53,657 bases of DNA, filler included, from Sphacelaria rigidula (GCA_964200075.2; 5 parts of 5 records of this genome joined end to end with filler, not necessarily neighbours in it); one strand, 5' to 3'. Shown: positions 25,701-38,202, counted from the first letter of the whole stretch. Made by a program: numbers and translations. The notes: generated from the sequence alone by a model not told the origin.

Positions 25701-27820
25701 GTGGTTGTATCAACCGTCGAGAACTGACGTGGCTGCACTGTTGCGACGTGTTTGTGTTTCATCACGTTCACTGCACCTGATTTTCCTATGCTGTTCTTTG
25801 TCATCCTTCCTCTACTATTGTTCTTGTCGTACTACATACCCCCGCCCGCCGCCGTTGACGGGGCATGTTTCGCTGGCTCGTACCAGGTTTCCTCGTTCGC
25901 CACCGAGTTCCTCCAGCGTAAGCAAGCACTGAGGAGTGGTGGTGGAGGCGGAGGTGGAGGTGGCGGTGGAGGAGGGGGTGGTGGGGGTGGCGGCGGCGGC
26001 AGCGGTGGAGCCAAAGCACCCGCGATTGCCGCTCAGGTATGTGCATAATGCTGCTCGTGGTTAGACGATGGAATGTGAGAGTTCTGACGTCAGATTTGTA
26101 TCCTGTGTGGTGGATCTTGTTGCACGCTTTTTTGTTTTGTAGTTGAATTTGTTCTGCGTGTGCCCCCCCCCACCTTCCCCACCTTCCCCCCAAACACCCA
26201 TGATGTAGTGTGTATCCCGTGGCTGTCTCCGAAAGTTGCGATACGAGGCAATGAAGCAACTCTTTGTAGGTTGCAATCCATATACAAAATAATTTGTACG
26301 CTTCGGGCCGAACAATCTTAACAAGACGCAGCTCACCCTTCTTGCGACTCGCCGAACACATCGCGGTGCTTCGCGCTTGGTGGTTTATTGCGAGCCTGGT
26401 CCGGCGAAAACCCGGCGTGCTCGGCTTTGTAGGGATGCCGTCAATGATCATCTGACTACGGCATGCAAGATCATGCGTACCTATTCCCCCAGTACACACA
26501 TGAACACGCAAGAAGCCCCTTGAAGATAGCGACTTGACTCACTTGTTGTTTATCTCTTGACTCGGCATGCTGGAGTACTCGATTGAATCGGAATAATTTC
26601 ATTTTTGATGGGAAAAATGTTGCCGTTTGCCTGAAAACTGTGTATAATTTTTTCTCATTATGTATACAAGTGTATCTGTATTATTGATGAAGAGGTGTGC
26701 AAAATTTCTACTCGTTCCGATGAATCTCGTGATACTCACCGAGAAAAGTTGCTTCGATGCCTTGAACCTCCCATCTGTTCTGAACGCCAGTTTACACCTT
26801 TCGGTATATCTGGGCGTGTATCAGCCGGGGTCGCGCAAAAGGAAGGTCAACGCAGGAGATTTTATTTTATTTTATGTAAGCACTTCTCTTTCCTTCTGCG
26901 ATGCTTATTTTTTTTATCGCGAGAAGGGTTCAGCGGCCCCTTCCCCTTCTCGACCCCGAAGTCGAACTTTGTCTACCCACCACATAATCACTCCTTACTA
27001 CCGTGATGCTGCGAGAAGGAAATACAAATCGTGTGACTTCACCGACGTCTGTACCCACGTCCCAACCGTCAGAAGAGTTAGAGTTCACCAACTGAACACT
27101 GGTGCGACTGGCGAAAATTTTCAAACAATATACTTCCTCTGTCTCATCAGTAAAGGTACCTAGATTTGTACGGGCCCTTAACGACGTCCAATCGTTTTTT
27201 TTTTCATGAACTCTACGATGTTTTTTGGGTTGAGAAACTGTGTTCAAAATTTGCAGCTCGTGCTCGAACCATGCCGCCGAACTTCTGCAAAAAAAGTAGT
27301 CGGCGCAAAAATGGCCGCTTTTTGCCCCTTTCCGCGGGGAAAAAAAGTGTCATTTTTTTCTTCTGATTTTTTTTTGATCGAGTGGGAGTTCCTGGCCCCA
27401 GTGACGGCGGGGGCGATGTAAAAACAATCAAATTGTTTTTTCGACACTTTTTTCCCCCTCGGAAAGGGGGCAAAAAACGGCCATTTTTGGGCCGATTACT
27501 TTTTTTTGCAGCAGCTTGGCGGCATGGCACGAGCTGCAAATTTTGAACACAGTTTCTCAACCCAAAAAACACCGTAGAGTTCACGTAAAAAAAAGATCGG
27601 TCATCGTTAAGGGCCCGTGCAAATTTAGGTACCTTCACTTATGGGACAGAAGTATAGACTTCTTTCACCCTCGAATGTGATGCTGACTGACGTACCACAT
27701 TCACACCTCAGGCACTACATCATTCTCGTGCACATCGCTACAATTCTATTGCGCCGTGTGCAGGCCATGGAGGGCTGGAACGCCGCTCCTAAGAAGGGCA
27801 AGAAGGGGAAGAAGCACTGA
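22795..27820 (+). CDS. GIGYF/EXA1-like (GYF-family) protein, C-terminal four exons (5'-partial)
   Basis: Phase-consistent exons 22795-23039 (branch-like actaac ag|, ends GG|gtgagc), 25150-25306, 25887-26036 and 27764-27820 give ...GGGGFWETP...TSFGG/SGMPPVMAAWAGQQLRKINGKDDLTLLEFCMSLSDASEIRQYLAAYLGSTPE/VSSFATEFLQRK-(G)n-/AMEGWNAAPKKGKKGKKH*. The W..L..LEFC..L..E..LG..F..EFL..K pattern and KKGKK end resemble GIGYF/EXA1 C-termini. The GYF domain itself is not in the window. Confidence 0.75.
23136..23596. mobile_element. Fold-back element (MITE-like)
   Basis: GAGCGTAAAATTTGGTATA...CGGTACCAAAAGTT (23344-23409) is inverted against AACTTTTGGTACCG...TATACCAAATTTTACGCTC (23486-23553). Outer repeats are CTGGTTTTGAAGGCT and AGCCTTCAAAAAACCGG. 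Confidence 0.65.
23864..24336. mobile_element. Fold-back MITE (~470 bp near-perfect palindrome), GGCC termini
   Basis: Left arm GGCCGGATGTTATGGCTAACAGA...TTTTGGGACGTTTGACCCACCTTTTGACCCC pairs with right arm GGGGTCAAAAGGTGGGTCAAACGTCCCAAAA...GCCATAACATCTGGCC. Flanked by TAG/TAA. Confidence 0.85.
26230..26490 (+). mobile_element. Family-B dispersed repeat copy (intronic)
   Basis: Colinear with 20470-20742 (AAGCAACTC..TGTAGG, CGGGCCGAACAATCTTA, GCGAGCCTGGTCCGGCGAAA, GGCATGCA.GATCAT). Ends at a C-rich stretch. Confidence 0.8.
27133..27652. mobile_element. Fold-back MITE with Stowaway/Tc1-mariner-like TIRs and TA flanks
   Basis: TA|CTTCCTCTGTCTCATCAGTAAAGGTACCTAGATTTGTACGGGCCCTTAACGA... pairs with ...TCGTTAAGGGCCCGTGCAAATTTAGGTACCTTCACTTATGGGACAGAAG|TA. 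Arms are ~200 bp. Confidence 0.8.
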
Positions 27821-29859
27821 CCTCCGTATCAAGCAATCGTCACAAATCGAGTAAATAGATCTCAACGTGATGATCGCCACAGATCCTTTTGGTGTTTTCA
27901 GACCTAGTCGGTTGTTCTCCAGGAATATCACAAGTATATGTGGGAAGTTGAAGACTTTGTTTTCGTTTTTACGTGTTTGGACGAAATAGGCATACACGAG
28001 CGGGGAACCTTCTATTTTCCGCCTCTTCGTAGTCCGTCTGCAGCATCGTGTACTGTATCACTGCCCACTTTTCGGCGTTGTTGTCAGTCTGTATGTCTCC
28101 CTCTGATTTGTGACTAAGGGCGGCACTGACGCGTACGGATAGCAGAGTTCCGCGGAGAACTGAAGGGGTCCAGTTGTATTTTGACGAATACCACATACGA
28201 AAATAGTGCAGGATTTGTAGGAGGCGTCTGGAACGGAGGGTTGAAAGAGGAGAGGGCTCGCTTTGTGGTGGTGAGGGGCTGGGTGATCGAATGGTTATCC
28301 TTACTCCGGCCGTCCGATGTTTCTTGTCTCTCGCTATGATCCGAAAAAGACGAAAACGAATGCGCGCGGAAAGTGGTACCTCTGAAGCGTGCTGGTTTTG
28401 CACCGTAAAATAGTAAAATAGGAGTTGGAGATGTACACTTGGGAGGGTGCTGGTTTTGCGCTACACGTCGTGGACACGGATGTGTCGGGGTAATGACATG
28501 GCGAATTTACCCACAAGCGAGTGCGCGTAAGGGGCTGGGCGGGAGGGAGGGAGGGAGGGAGGAAGGAACTATGTGGGAGAGGGGGGGGGGGAGGGGGGGC
28601 GCAGTATAGGGGGCACCATGTACGTTGACATATGGTCTACTGCTGCCGTGCATGCGTACGTGAGCTTTGTGTGTTGTTTGGTTGTGTTATATGAAAATAC
28701 AACGTTACTGTCGTTGCGTACGTGACAGCGCGCGTGCGTGTTATTCTCATCGCTTCGGTTCCCATCGGCTGAGAAAAGACATTTCAGGAAAGCCTTGTTT
28801 CCTCCTGTCGTAGTTTGAGGCTCCACGAAAGTGTTGTCTGGGACAGAAGAGTGCATTTCAGGCGAAGCGGCGATGACTCGACCGAGGCCCTAGCGTCCCA
28901 ATGACGGAGACTGCCTTCGGCGGGTTGAAACCATCTCGGGGCTGTTCCTTATTTTGTTTTATTGCCGGGTTGACATCAACAGGAGAAATCGAGAAGTAAT
29001 TCTTCGCGGCTGAACAAATGTGGGAGGAGACACTCTCACCAGGTCCAGCCAACCGTCCATCGATTCAGGTGAACGAGCAGCTGAGCGCGCTAGACTATCC
29101 TGGAATATGCACTCGCTCGTCAATGATGCGTGCACGGGCGTGTCGGGTGGGATATACTCGATATTTCCGGTTGCTGAAGGGTCGCATATCACCTTCGCTA
29201 AAAGTCATGACATTGCAGCATGCTGCTGTGGGCATGGGTTGAATGTCCTTGTTTCAAAATCCGTAATATTCGGTATACCCTACCGGACGTGCCTGTGACT
29301 GTGTGTATCATTTACCGCGCATACGTGACAAAAACGGTTTTATTCGTGTTTGCGCCTATCCAGTCGATGAACGATCGATTCTCTCAGACGTGAGCCATCG
29401 TCCTACATGCGTCTGGAAGTTTTCACCCTCTCTTCCCAGTTTGTGGCAAGGACGCGTTTTTCCGGGAGAGACGACGCAAACGCCAGTAAGAGGTTGGATT
29501 CGATCTGTCAGCCGACGTAAGGAAATTCTGATTTTTACAATTTCATTCCACTCTCACACAGTTCCAATATCACGACGTGCATTTGGTTTTTTGGTATCTA
29601 CTGCGCGTGAAAATTCGACGGGCAATTTTTTTGCGACTTTGCTTCTGCGACCCGACTCTTGAACCGTTTTTTTGCCCGATTTTCCGACTCTAAAACCCCG
29701 ATCAATTTCGGGTTTTCGGAGAAAACTTTGTCGGACAAGAACCGAATGAATCTCATTCCAAAGGGTCGCCTGGCCACTCGGCAGTTGCTGCTCCCCACCT
29801 GGTATCATCCTGCAAATCAAGTTGTAGTTTCGTGGGATGAGAGAGGAACAAACCAGGGA

Positions 29860-31914
29860 AGCATCGCTCGCTTCTGCCCACGGATCGTTTCCTCTCTGCA
29901 CACAGCGATCACATACTCACGCACCGTGGATCGTGTACAGCATGCCCCCTACTGCCACGCTATTCTTTGTAGTAGCTCGCTGGAGCCGCTCCCTGTACTC
30001 AGCTAGTGCTCGGGTAAGCAACAAGCTGTTTCCGACGGCTACTGTCACCGAGTGCAATAGCAGCACACGCGCGATGTGTACTTTTCGTTTTGCCCAGAGA
30101 AACAAAATCGAAACGGAAAAGAAGAAGCTCTTGGTTCTCGCCCACGGACCGTTCTCGTTTCTGCACCCCGCGATTGCACACACGCATGCACCGTGGATCG
30201 TGTACAGCATGCCGCCGACTGCCACACTTTTATATGTTGTAGCTTGCTAGGGCCGCTTCCTGTGCTCAGCTAGCGCTTAACTAACCAACAAGGCGTTGCC
30301 GACGGCTGCTGTCACCGAGTGCACCAGCAGCACACGCGCGATGTGCACTTTTGGTTTCGCGCAGCGAAAGATAATCGAAACGGAAAAAGCAGCGCTTGCT
30401 TCATGCCCACGGATCGTTCTTGTTGTTGCACCCAGCGATTGCACACACTCACGCACCGTGGATCGTGTACATCATGCTGCCGACTGCCACATGTTTTATT
30501 GTTGTAGCTCGCTGGAGTCACACCCTGTGCTCAGCTTGCGCCCGTGCTACCAACGAAATGTTGCCGACGGCTGCTGTCACCAAGTGCACCAGCAGCACAC
30601 GCGCGATGTGCACTTATGGTTTCGCGCAGCGGAAGAAAATCAAAACGGAAACAGCAGCGCTTGCTTCATGCCCACGGATCGTTCTTGTTGTTGCACCCAG
30701 CGATTGCACACACTCACGCACCGTGGATCGTGTACAGCATGCTGCCGACTGCCACACTTTTCGTCGTTGCAGCTTGCTAGAGCCGCTTCCTGTGCTCAGC
30801 TATCACCTAACTAACCAACAAGGCGTTGCCGACGGCTGCTGTCACCGAGTGCACCAGCAGCACACGCGCGATGTGCACTTTCGGTTCCGCGCAGCGCAAA
30901 AAAATGTAACGGAAACAGCAGCGCTTGCTTCATGCCCACGGATCGTTCTTGTTGTTGCACCCAGCGATTGCACACACTCACGCACCGTGGGTCGTGTACA
31001 TCATGCCGCCGACTGCCACACTTTGTTTTCTAGTAGCTTGCTAGAGCCACTCCCTGTGCTTCGCCAGTGCTTCACTAACCAACGAAATATTGCCGACGGC
31101 TGCTGTCACCGAGTGCAACAGCAGCACACGCGCGATGTGCACTTTCGGTTTCGCGCAGCGGAAGAAAATCGAAACGGAAACAGCAGCACTCGCTTCGCGC
31201 CCACAGATCGTTTTCGTTTTTGCACCCAGCGATTGCACACACTCACGCACCGTAGATCGTGTACATCATGCTGCCGACTGCCACACTTTGTTTTGTAGTA
31301 GCTTGTTAGAGCCACTTCCTGTGCTCCGCCAGCGCTTCACTAACCAACGAGGTGTTGCCGACGGCTGCTGTCACCGAGTGCAACAGCAGCACACGCGCGA
31401 TGTGCACTTTTGGTTTTGCTCAGCGAAAGAAGATCGAAATGTTGAAGGCAGCACTCGTTTCTCGCCCACAGATCGTTTTCGTTTCTGCACCCAGCGATTG
31501 CACACACTCACGCACCGTGGATCGTGTAGAGCATGCTGCCGACTGTTACAGGTTTTCATATTGTAGCTCGCCAGAGCCACTTCCTGTGCTCAGCTAGCGC
31601 CCGTGTTCCCAACAAGCTGTTGCCAACGGCTACTGTCACCGAGTGCACCAGCAGCACACGCGCGATGTGCACTTTTGGTTTCGCGCAGCGGAAGAAAATC
31701 GAAACGGAAACAGCAGCACTCGCTTCATACCCACGGATCGTTCTTGTTGTTGCACCCAGCGATTGCACACACTCACGCGCCGTGGGTCGTGTTCAGCATG
31801 CCGCCGACTGCCACACTTTTCGTCGTTGCAGCTTGCTAGGGCCGCTTCCTGTGCTCAGCTAGCGCTTAACTAAACAACAAGGCGTTGCCGACGGCTGCTG
31901 TCACCGAGTGCACC
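29860..31914. repeat. Tandem satellite, ~265-bp unit, about 8 copies
   Basis: The anchor GTCACC(G/A)AGTGCA recurs at 30044, 30311, 30576, 30841, 31105, 31370, 31635 and 31900 (spacings 267, 265, 265, 264, 265, 265, 265). Confidence 0.95.
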
Positions 31915-32155
31915 TGTTCCGGATTTATCGGTTATTGTCCACTCGAGTAGATTCCATGTGTCATACTCTTGCGTTGTCTAGCCCGACAGGTCATGGGCCA
32001 TTCTGAGTCTGTTTGATTTCGACAGTGCCCCCCTACTCGGGCACAGTCTTTTGGGAACTCATCTCAACGCACACGTAGCAGCTATCAACCGGTTGCCAAT
32101 AATACAAGAAGCATCAACACTATCTCGGACTGCTATCTCAGAGGAGCCTTTGGCC

Positions 32156-32255
32156 NNNNNNNNNNNNNNNNNNNNNNNNNNNNNNNNNNNNNNNNNNNNT
32201 TAATTAATTAANNNNNNNNNNNNNNNNNNNNNNNNNNNNNNNNNNNNNNNNNNNN
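32156..32255. other. Artificial contig linker
   Basis: Same 100-bp spacer. Confidence 0.98.
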
Positions 32256-32358
32256 GGTCCGGCGGAAACCCGGCGTGCTCCGTCCCGGCTTTGTAGGGAT
32301 GCGAGATCAATGGTCTTATTTATGACTATGGCATGCATGATCATGAGTACACCCCCCC
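32256..32358 (+). mobile_element. Family-B 3' end at contig start
   Basis: ...GGGATGCGAGATCAATGGTCTTATTTATGACTATGGCATGCATGATCATGAGTACA followed by C7. Confidence 0.8.
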
Positions 32359-33498
32359 ACACACACACACACACACGCCTCTGACGTTGAACGCCTCAGA
32401 GGTCAAACCACCACCACCAGCAACGGATATCCTCTACCCTAGGAATCGTAATCCAGCCATCAAGTGTCTACAAGAGATACGTACTCGAGGTAAAAAAGAT
32501 AAATGGAAACACTCGCCGAAGTAAGCTCGATGAGGGTAGAACGCACATACAGATGGACGTCCATATTACAGGTGGATGTCCATCTCTCTGATGGGCTGCC
32601 ACATGGACATTAATTGATGCCCCAGATGAACGTCCCAGATGGACATTATACCCTCAATACGTTTCCCAGATGAATATGATACCCCAGATGAAGACTGCAC
32701 GCCCTGGCAGTACAGTTTTGACAATGATATCTGTTGTCCAGGGTGAGAAAGGCTGCACGACTTTTTATTTTCCTTGACAGAAGGAGGAAACCTGACCCAA
32801 CACTTACCCCGCAAGCGGGTTCGTGTGATGATTACCCAGAGGCTCGGTGAGACGGCCTCGCGGTAGTCATGTGGGCTAGGCACCTCGAGCGTTCGCAAGC
32901 TTTGCTGAAGGCAGTGTGGGGGTCGGATCCGCTTAGACCTCGTATCAACTTGACGCAGTACACGCGCCGCCATGCTCTCAAGAGCTCCGGCCCTAGGAAA
33001 GCTGCATCATGGTGCAAGGATCCCTGAGGCTTTCCCTATCGTCTTCCCTTGTTGCTTCCTTCATTTCGCACCCGTCGTTCCATCACTCCGGGCTCACATT
33101 CGCTTCTTGTAGACGCCCTTAGTATAGCATGAAGGTGATCATGGGGATCCTGAACCGCAGTTTTCCCTCTTGTGCTATGCAGGAGTTGGCGTGTGATCTT
33201 CGAGTGACCCCTCTCATAAGGGACTCGGAAAAAAGTGGAAAGCCTTGAAAAACAGCGAGTCAGCTACCAAACATGTTTCAAATGACTGTAGCGAGTACAT
33301 AGTGTTTCACTCGTGTGGCGTGGTTCGCACTTGTACCCGGCACAGGCGAGCTACCTTGACGAGTCCAATTTGAACAGAAGAGAAGCGATGGTGTGGTCAT
33401 GGTAAGACCGCCGTTCTGCAATTGTTGGATGAAGGGGATGTGTGAGAATTGAGCTTTGATCTGAGAGTGTTGTTGCTGCGGTTTGCTTTGGCTCTCAG

Positions 33499-36400
33499 AT
33501 TTTGGAGGATCGACTGAACGACAAAAAGGAGGCCCTCCTGGAGAAGGAGCTCGTACTGGAAGAAGTTATTTCTCTTACGCAGAAGCTGCGCAAGCAGGCG
33601 TCGGACGGAAGAGAGCAATCGCTGCTCGTTTCCAAGAAGGTAATCACTTCGTATCGTTGCACACGCCCACGTATCACACTCACCAGGAATTTTGTTCTCG
33701 TCCCGAGTATTGTGCCTGGTGGGGGTTCAGGTTGCTGGGTCCTTCACTGGACAGGGTACCCTTAAGGCTGCTGATCTAAATCCGCCTTTCCAGAGACAGT
33801 GCACTCCAATGTGCAAGGTAAGGCGGTGATGGGTTTTGGCGGATTCGAAAACATCGCGGTAGGGGGGCTGGCTGAGAAAGATGGGACGAGGAAGCGAGAG
33901 CGGCACGGGGAAGGATATCCATCTATGATAGGGCATATATTGGTGTTGACTGCTACGTGGTCGAACGCTTTGCACATTCCTCATGTACAACATGCGCCTC
34001 CTGTCAAACGCACTGAGGTTTCGACACTGTCTTGCGGTTTGCATTCATCTTTTGGTTGCGCATTCTCAACAACCATCCTTGGTGAAAAACACGACATTCA
34101 GGATGTCGTGAAGTTGTGGTCAGATCACGAATCGTCCAATCACTTCTAACCGTTTTCGCTCGTTTGGGCCATACCCTTGTCCCCCTTGATTACCACCTGT
34201 TGTGTACGTTCTCAGGTGAACGACTTCCAAGGACGCATCCGAGACACGACGCGACGAATGATGGCTACCGTGTCAGAGCTGTCAATGCACCAGGCCACGG
34301 CTCTCAAGCTGCAGCAGGAGAAAATGTCAAGGGAGAGAGAGTTGCAAGACGCCACGTGAGTTCTGACACATCTCTCCTGTACCGATACATGATCGATGTA
34401 ATGTTGACGTCTGGTGAAGTAGAATTGCCAACCACCAACGTCCAAGAATCATGCTCGCTATGAGCATGACCATGTCGTTCTGTTCGACCCCTCTTTCTTT
34501 TTTTCTGTTCCTCCTTCTTTCTCAGATCGTGTTTCAGTTTCGTTTCCTCGGGTACGTCTACCATGAGACAACGGCTGGACCCCTGGGGGGTCAGTTAAAG
34601 TGCGACAATCAATCAATCAAAATCAAAACGTCAGTCGGTATCGCGTGCCTTTGTGCCTGCAGCAGCGTGGAGTTCTCAAGCAGGAACATGGCAAGCAGCG
34701 GTAACCGCAGTTGTGAATGGTTTTGGCAAGTGGTTGTAGAAACATGACAAAGCAATGACATCGACAGAGAAACAATGCTTGCAAAAACTGATGATTTCAA
34801 CATGAGCAGATAATGATGGCCATCGGTTGCTGATCCCACCGAGATACTTGAGATTTCTTCCTCGCCGCTTGATTCGGGATGCATAAAGAATTTATGTAAC
34901 ATGGCAAATGCCTGCTTAACGCTAGTAACAATGTGAACACAACACCATGGCCTAAATCGAACGACGGTCTCTTCTTGAAAAATACATCCTCTGTACCACA
35001 AGTTAGGTCAATTATATTTCTACAGGCCCTTAAGTCCGAGTTTGTTTGTTTTTTCATTATCGTTCGTTTCAGCGTTTTTTCGGTTAAACTCCACTGCGTT
35101 TGCACATGTCCATCGCCATTATGCAGCCGAACGAGGATAAAAATTGGTCGACCCGAAAATGGCCGTATTGAGCCCCTGTCAGGGGGGCTAAGAAAACGGA
35201 ATAAAGCAAACAAAACAAATAGTAAGCCGTCTTCGTCGTCACTGGGGCTTGATACTAGATAGTCTCAAGCCGTTCTGAAGGCGTCCTTATCGTTTTATTT
35301 ACCACCTTTTCCGACGTTCCCGCCCTCTGCCGCGCCCTTACCCCGGTATGCCCTTAAACGCTTCCTCTGTCTCACAGTTAGGCCCCAAAACTGGAAGAAG
35401 AAAAAAAACGCCAAAATAGAGCATATTTTGGCCTACTTTGTTTTATAAAAATATAGCTTTGTTGTCGTTTTTTAGTTCGTTAGCATCGTCTGCGTCGTGT
35501 CTTTCTGATAAACCCAACCATAGCGTCGTCAACACCTCTCTCTCTCTCTGTTGGGGCGGTATGATCTGCATCCCATAGTGCACCTAACTTATGGGACAGA
35601 GGGAGTATAGTAGTAGTACATGTATTTGCTAATATCTGTTGCGAACAAATCGTCCACTCGCGACAGCCATCGTCTGCGTTATATTAACAGTACATTGGGT
35701 CTACCACACTTGAAACGTCTATTGTGATAACTCATTCCAGCAAAGGCTCCTGAATATACGGGGAGGGTTCGGAACCGGTTCAAGTATCTAATTTTCCGTG
35801 ATCCCTAACTGTTCGCGAATCCTTGGATATTCACCGTTAGGTACAGGAAATTAGCGGCAGAAATGAGTCCGATGTGCAGATTTCCACTCTTCTTGTTGCT
35901 CTATCCCTACCCAGATGTCGATTTAGTAGCTAAGGCTCCACGCATATCTTGGTATCCCTGGCCGAAAACAGCCGATCATCGAAATTGAGGGTGGAGCTTT
36001 TCATTGAGGATGAGAATCCGGAGAGTTAAAATCTTCGTATTCACACAAAATCTTCGAAATATGGTTATATTCCTTCATCTACTGGTAGCTATTGACAACT
36101 ACTACACGCCATACAAATTTGAATTCTGATAACCGGTATGTTGGGGTCCTAGGTGAAGAATCAATTTTGGGGAGTGTAGCTGATCCGATCGGACCGCCTG
36201 AATTCCCCGAAATTGTTTCTTCACCTAGGACCCCAACATTTCGGTTATCAAAATCCGAATTCGTATGGCGCATACTACTGATCGATAGCTACCAGTCAAT
36301 AAAGGAATGTAATCATATTTCGAAGATTTGGTGTGGATATGAAGATTTTATTCCCCTGGGTTTTTTTTTTGCTGTTCCTTTCTTTTTGTTTTCCTTCTTC

Positions 36401-37923
36401 TTCTTTTCCTTAGGAGCGTGTTTCAGTTTCGTTCTTCTTGGGTACGGCTATCATGAGACCACAGCTGGACCCCTGGGGGGTCAGTTAAAGTGCGACACTC
36501 AATCAATCAATCAATCAATCTTATCCTCAATTAAAAGTTCCATCCTCAATTTCGATGATCGGCTGTTATAAAAACCGTGTGTTTCTATTTCTATGTTTCG
36601 ATCTCGTCCACTGAGATGGAGCTTTTGAACACTCGGTAGGATTGGAAACGACCAAGACTACAAATCGCCAAACTCCCGATTGTGTCAACCGCAAACACAA
36701 GAAACATGGACCTGAAGCGTGGTCGTCCATAGCAGTCTGATGGTTTCAGCTCACTAACATGACTTGTAGAAGAGGTTTTGTGCCCAGGGTCAGCTTGTAA
36801 GATTACTTCCTTCCATCGGAATATTTTCACGTCCGTTCCTTTTACAGGTTGACGAAATGTTTCTTAATTTGCACTGCTACGCGCATTCTCTCTCACAACG
36901 AACGCGATATATCTTTTTTTACCTTCAGGTGGAGGGTTGAGCACGGGGAGCCACCAACAGACGAAGCTGTATGGGAACTTCACCGCTTGGAGCAGAAGGC
37001 CATCAACGACCAGACGATGCGACTGGAGAAGGCGGAAACAGAGGCTGCTGGCGAGGCACCGATACCTCCCTCCATGGTGATCCTCGTTGCAGTGACTGCG
37101 TGTCAACGTGTGTTGCACTTTCTCTTGGCCTAAAGAGATCATCCGAACGTGTGCTTTCTCAAGCCAAAAGACTTGAAAAATCACACTTGCCTCATTTTCG
37201 TATAAAAAAAAAAAAAAAAGTGCTTGTCTGTCGGGGTGGTCCCGATACACATCGAGCGAATCACCTAGTTTAGAGCCTCAACCATGGTGCAGTGTGTGAA
37301 ATCACCAACATCATCACGCCTCTAAGTCGCACCATATCATAGAGAACCACATGCCAAATTTCAAGTTCCCGTGACCTCACGCATGCTCTTACACAGCCTT
37401 CGGTGGTTTCATGTGGCTGCACTCGTAGTATACCCAGAAAAACTGGTTCTACTTGATGAAAATTTACCCGTAGTGCATAGTTCGTCGATGCGGCAAACAT
37501 GACCCGTAGCCACGAAAAAAAAATTCCCCTTGTACCCTCGAGTTCGGCCGCCGCTTGGGGTGCGGCAGCCTCACGTCTTTTGTGAAGAACAATCCACATT
37601 CGCACCGCAGGGAAGCCACGACCGTGAAGCCTGAAAATCGCTCTTGCGAGGAGATGAAAGCTCCGCACTATCGAATAATCCCGCTTCATGTCCTTCCCTC
37701 ATGAAGTGTTTTGACCGCCGTCGCACGGTGTACTTACTACATTCGTGCGTGTTTCCTAACCGTTCAGATTCGCACGACCGCGGAGCCGAGGCCAAATGCC
37801 TACATCCCAGACGAACTGGGTATTCCGAAGCCATACGGGGGGTCGGGGCCTTTCAAACCTACCGAGGCCGGCACCACCATGCGGCACATTCGGCTGCCGA
37901 AACCCAGAGAAATCGAGATTTGA
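33499..37923 (+). CDS. CCDC146: Coiled-coil domain-containing protein 146 (MBO2 homolog), last four exons (5'-partial)
   Basis: Exons 33499-33639, 34216-34355, 36929-37076 and 37768-37923 are GT-AG and in phase. They encode [17 protein letters not shown]..., [25 protein letters not shown] and the characteristic C-terminus [49 protein letters not shown]. Confidence 0.92.
34490..34627 (+). mobile_element. Family-C repeat: T-rich segment + CTGGACCCCTGGGGGGTCAGTTAAAGTGCGACA + (ATCA)n tail (probable retroelement 3' end)
   Basis: Similar copies at 36355-36520 and 49355-49585, and a diverged copy at ~13330-13455. The copies end in (TCAA)n or a decayed form of it. Confidence 0.7.
34985..35605. mobile_element. 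Stowaway-like MITE (TIR CTCCCTCTGTCCCATAAGTTAGG), TA-flanked, with extra internal left end at 35361
   Basis: TA|CATCCTCTGTACCACAAGTTAGG at 34985, CTTCCTCTGTCTCACAGTTAGG at 35361, and CCTAACTTATGGGACAGAGGGAG|TA ending at 35605. Confidence 0.65.
35967..36567. mobile_element. Fold-back element whose right arm is interrupted by a family-C repeat
   Basis: AACAGCCGATCATCGAAATTGAGG pairs with CCTCAATTTCGATGATCGGCTGTT. Inner arms are TGTTGGGGTCCTAGGTGAAGAA and TTCTTCACCTAGGACCCCAACA. The insert spans ~36355-36520. Confidence 0.8.
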
Positions 37924-38040
37924 TTATGACAAAGGGGGAGCATGCTGTATATTGTTCTGTGCTGTGGTTGTCACCGCCAGTATGTGTGTTCGGTTTCGCC
38001 ATGGATTCCGTTTTGGAAGCTTGGGTGGATCGCCAGTTTT

Positions 38041-38041
<1 letters not shown>

Positions 38042-38091
<50 letters not shown>

Positions 38092-38202
38092 GTGTGTGTG
38101 TATCTGTATGTGTGTGCGTGTGCGTGTGCGTGTATGCGTGTGCGTGTGTGTATGTGCGTGTGCGTGTGCGTGTGTGTGTGCGCGCGCGCCCGTGTGTGTG
38201 TA
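38042..38202 (+). repeat. (TG)n/(TGCGTG)n microsatellite downstream of CCDC146 stop
   Basis: Seen directly. Confidence 0.95.

Noticed and set aside
30396-31298. 300-aa Cys/His-rich ORF and neighbouring ORFs in the tandem array
   Set aside because: The unit length of 265 is not a multiple of 3, so the ORF drifts through different frames of the monomer. This is a by-product of a stop-poor satellite.
29860-31914. CRISPR-like array
   Set aside because: Whole units are homologous with no unique spacers, there are no cas genes, and the context is eukaryotic.
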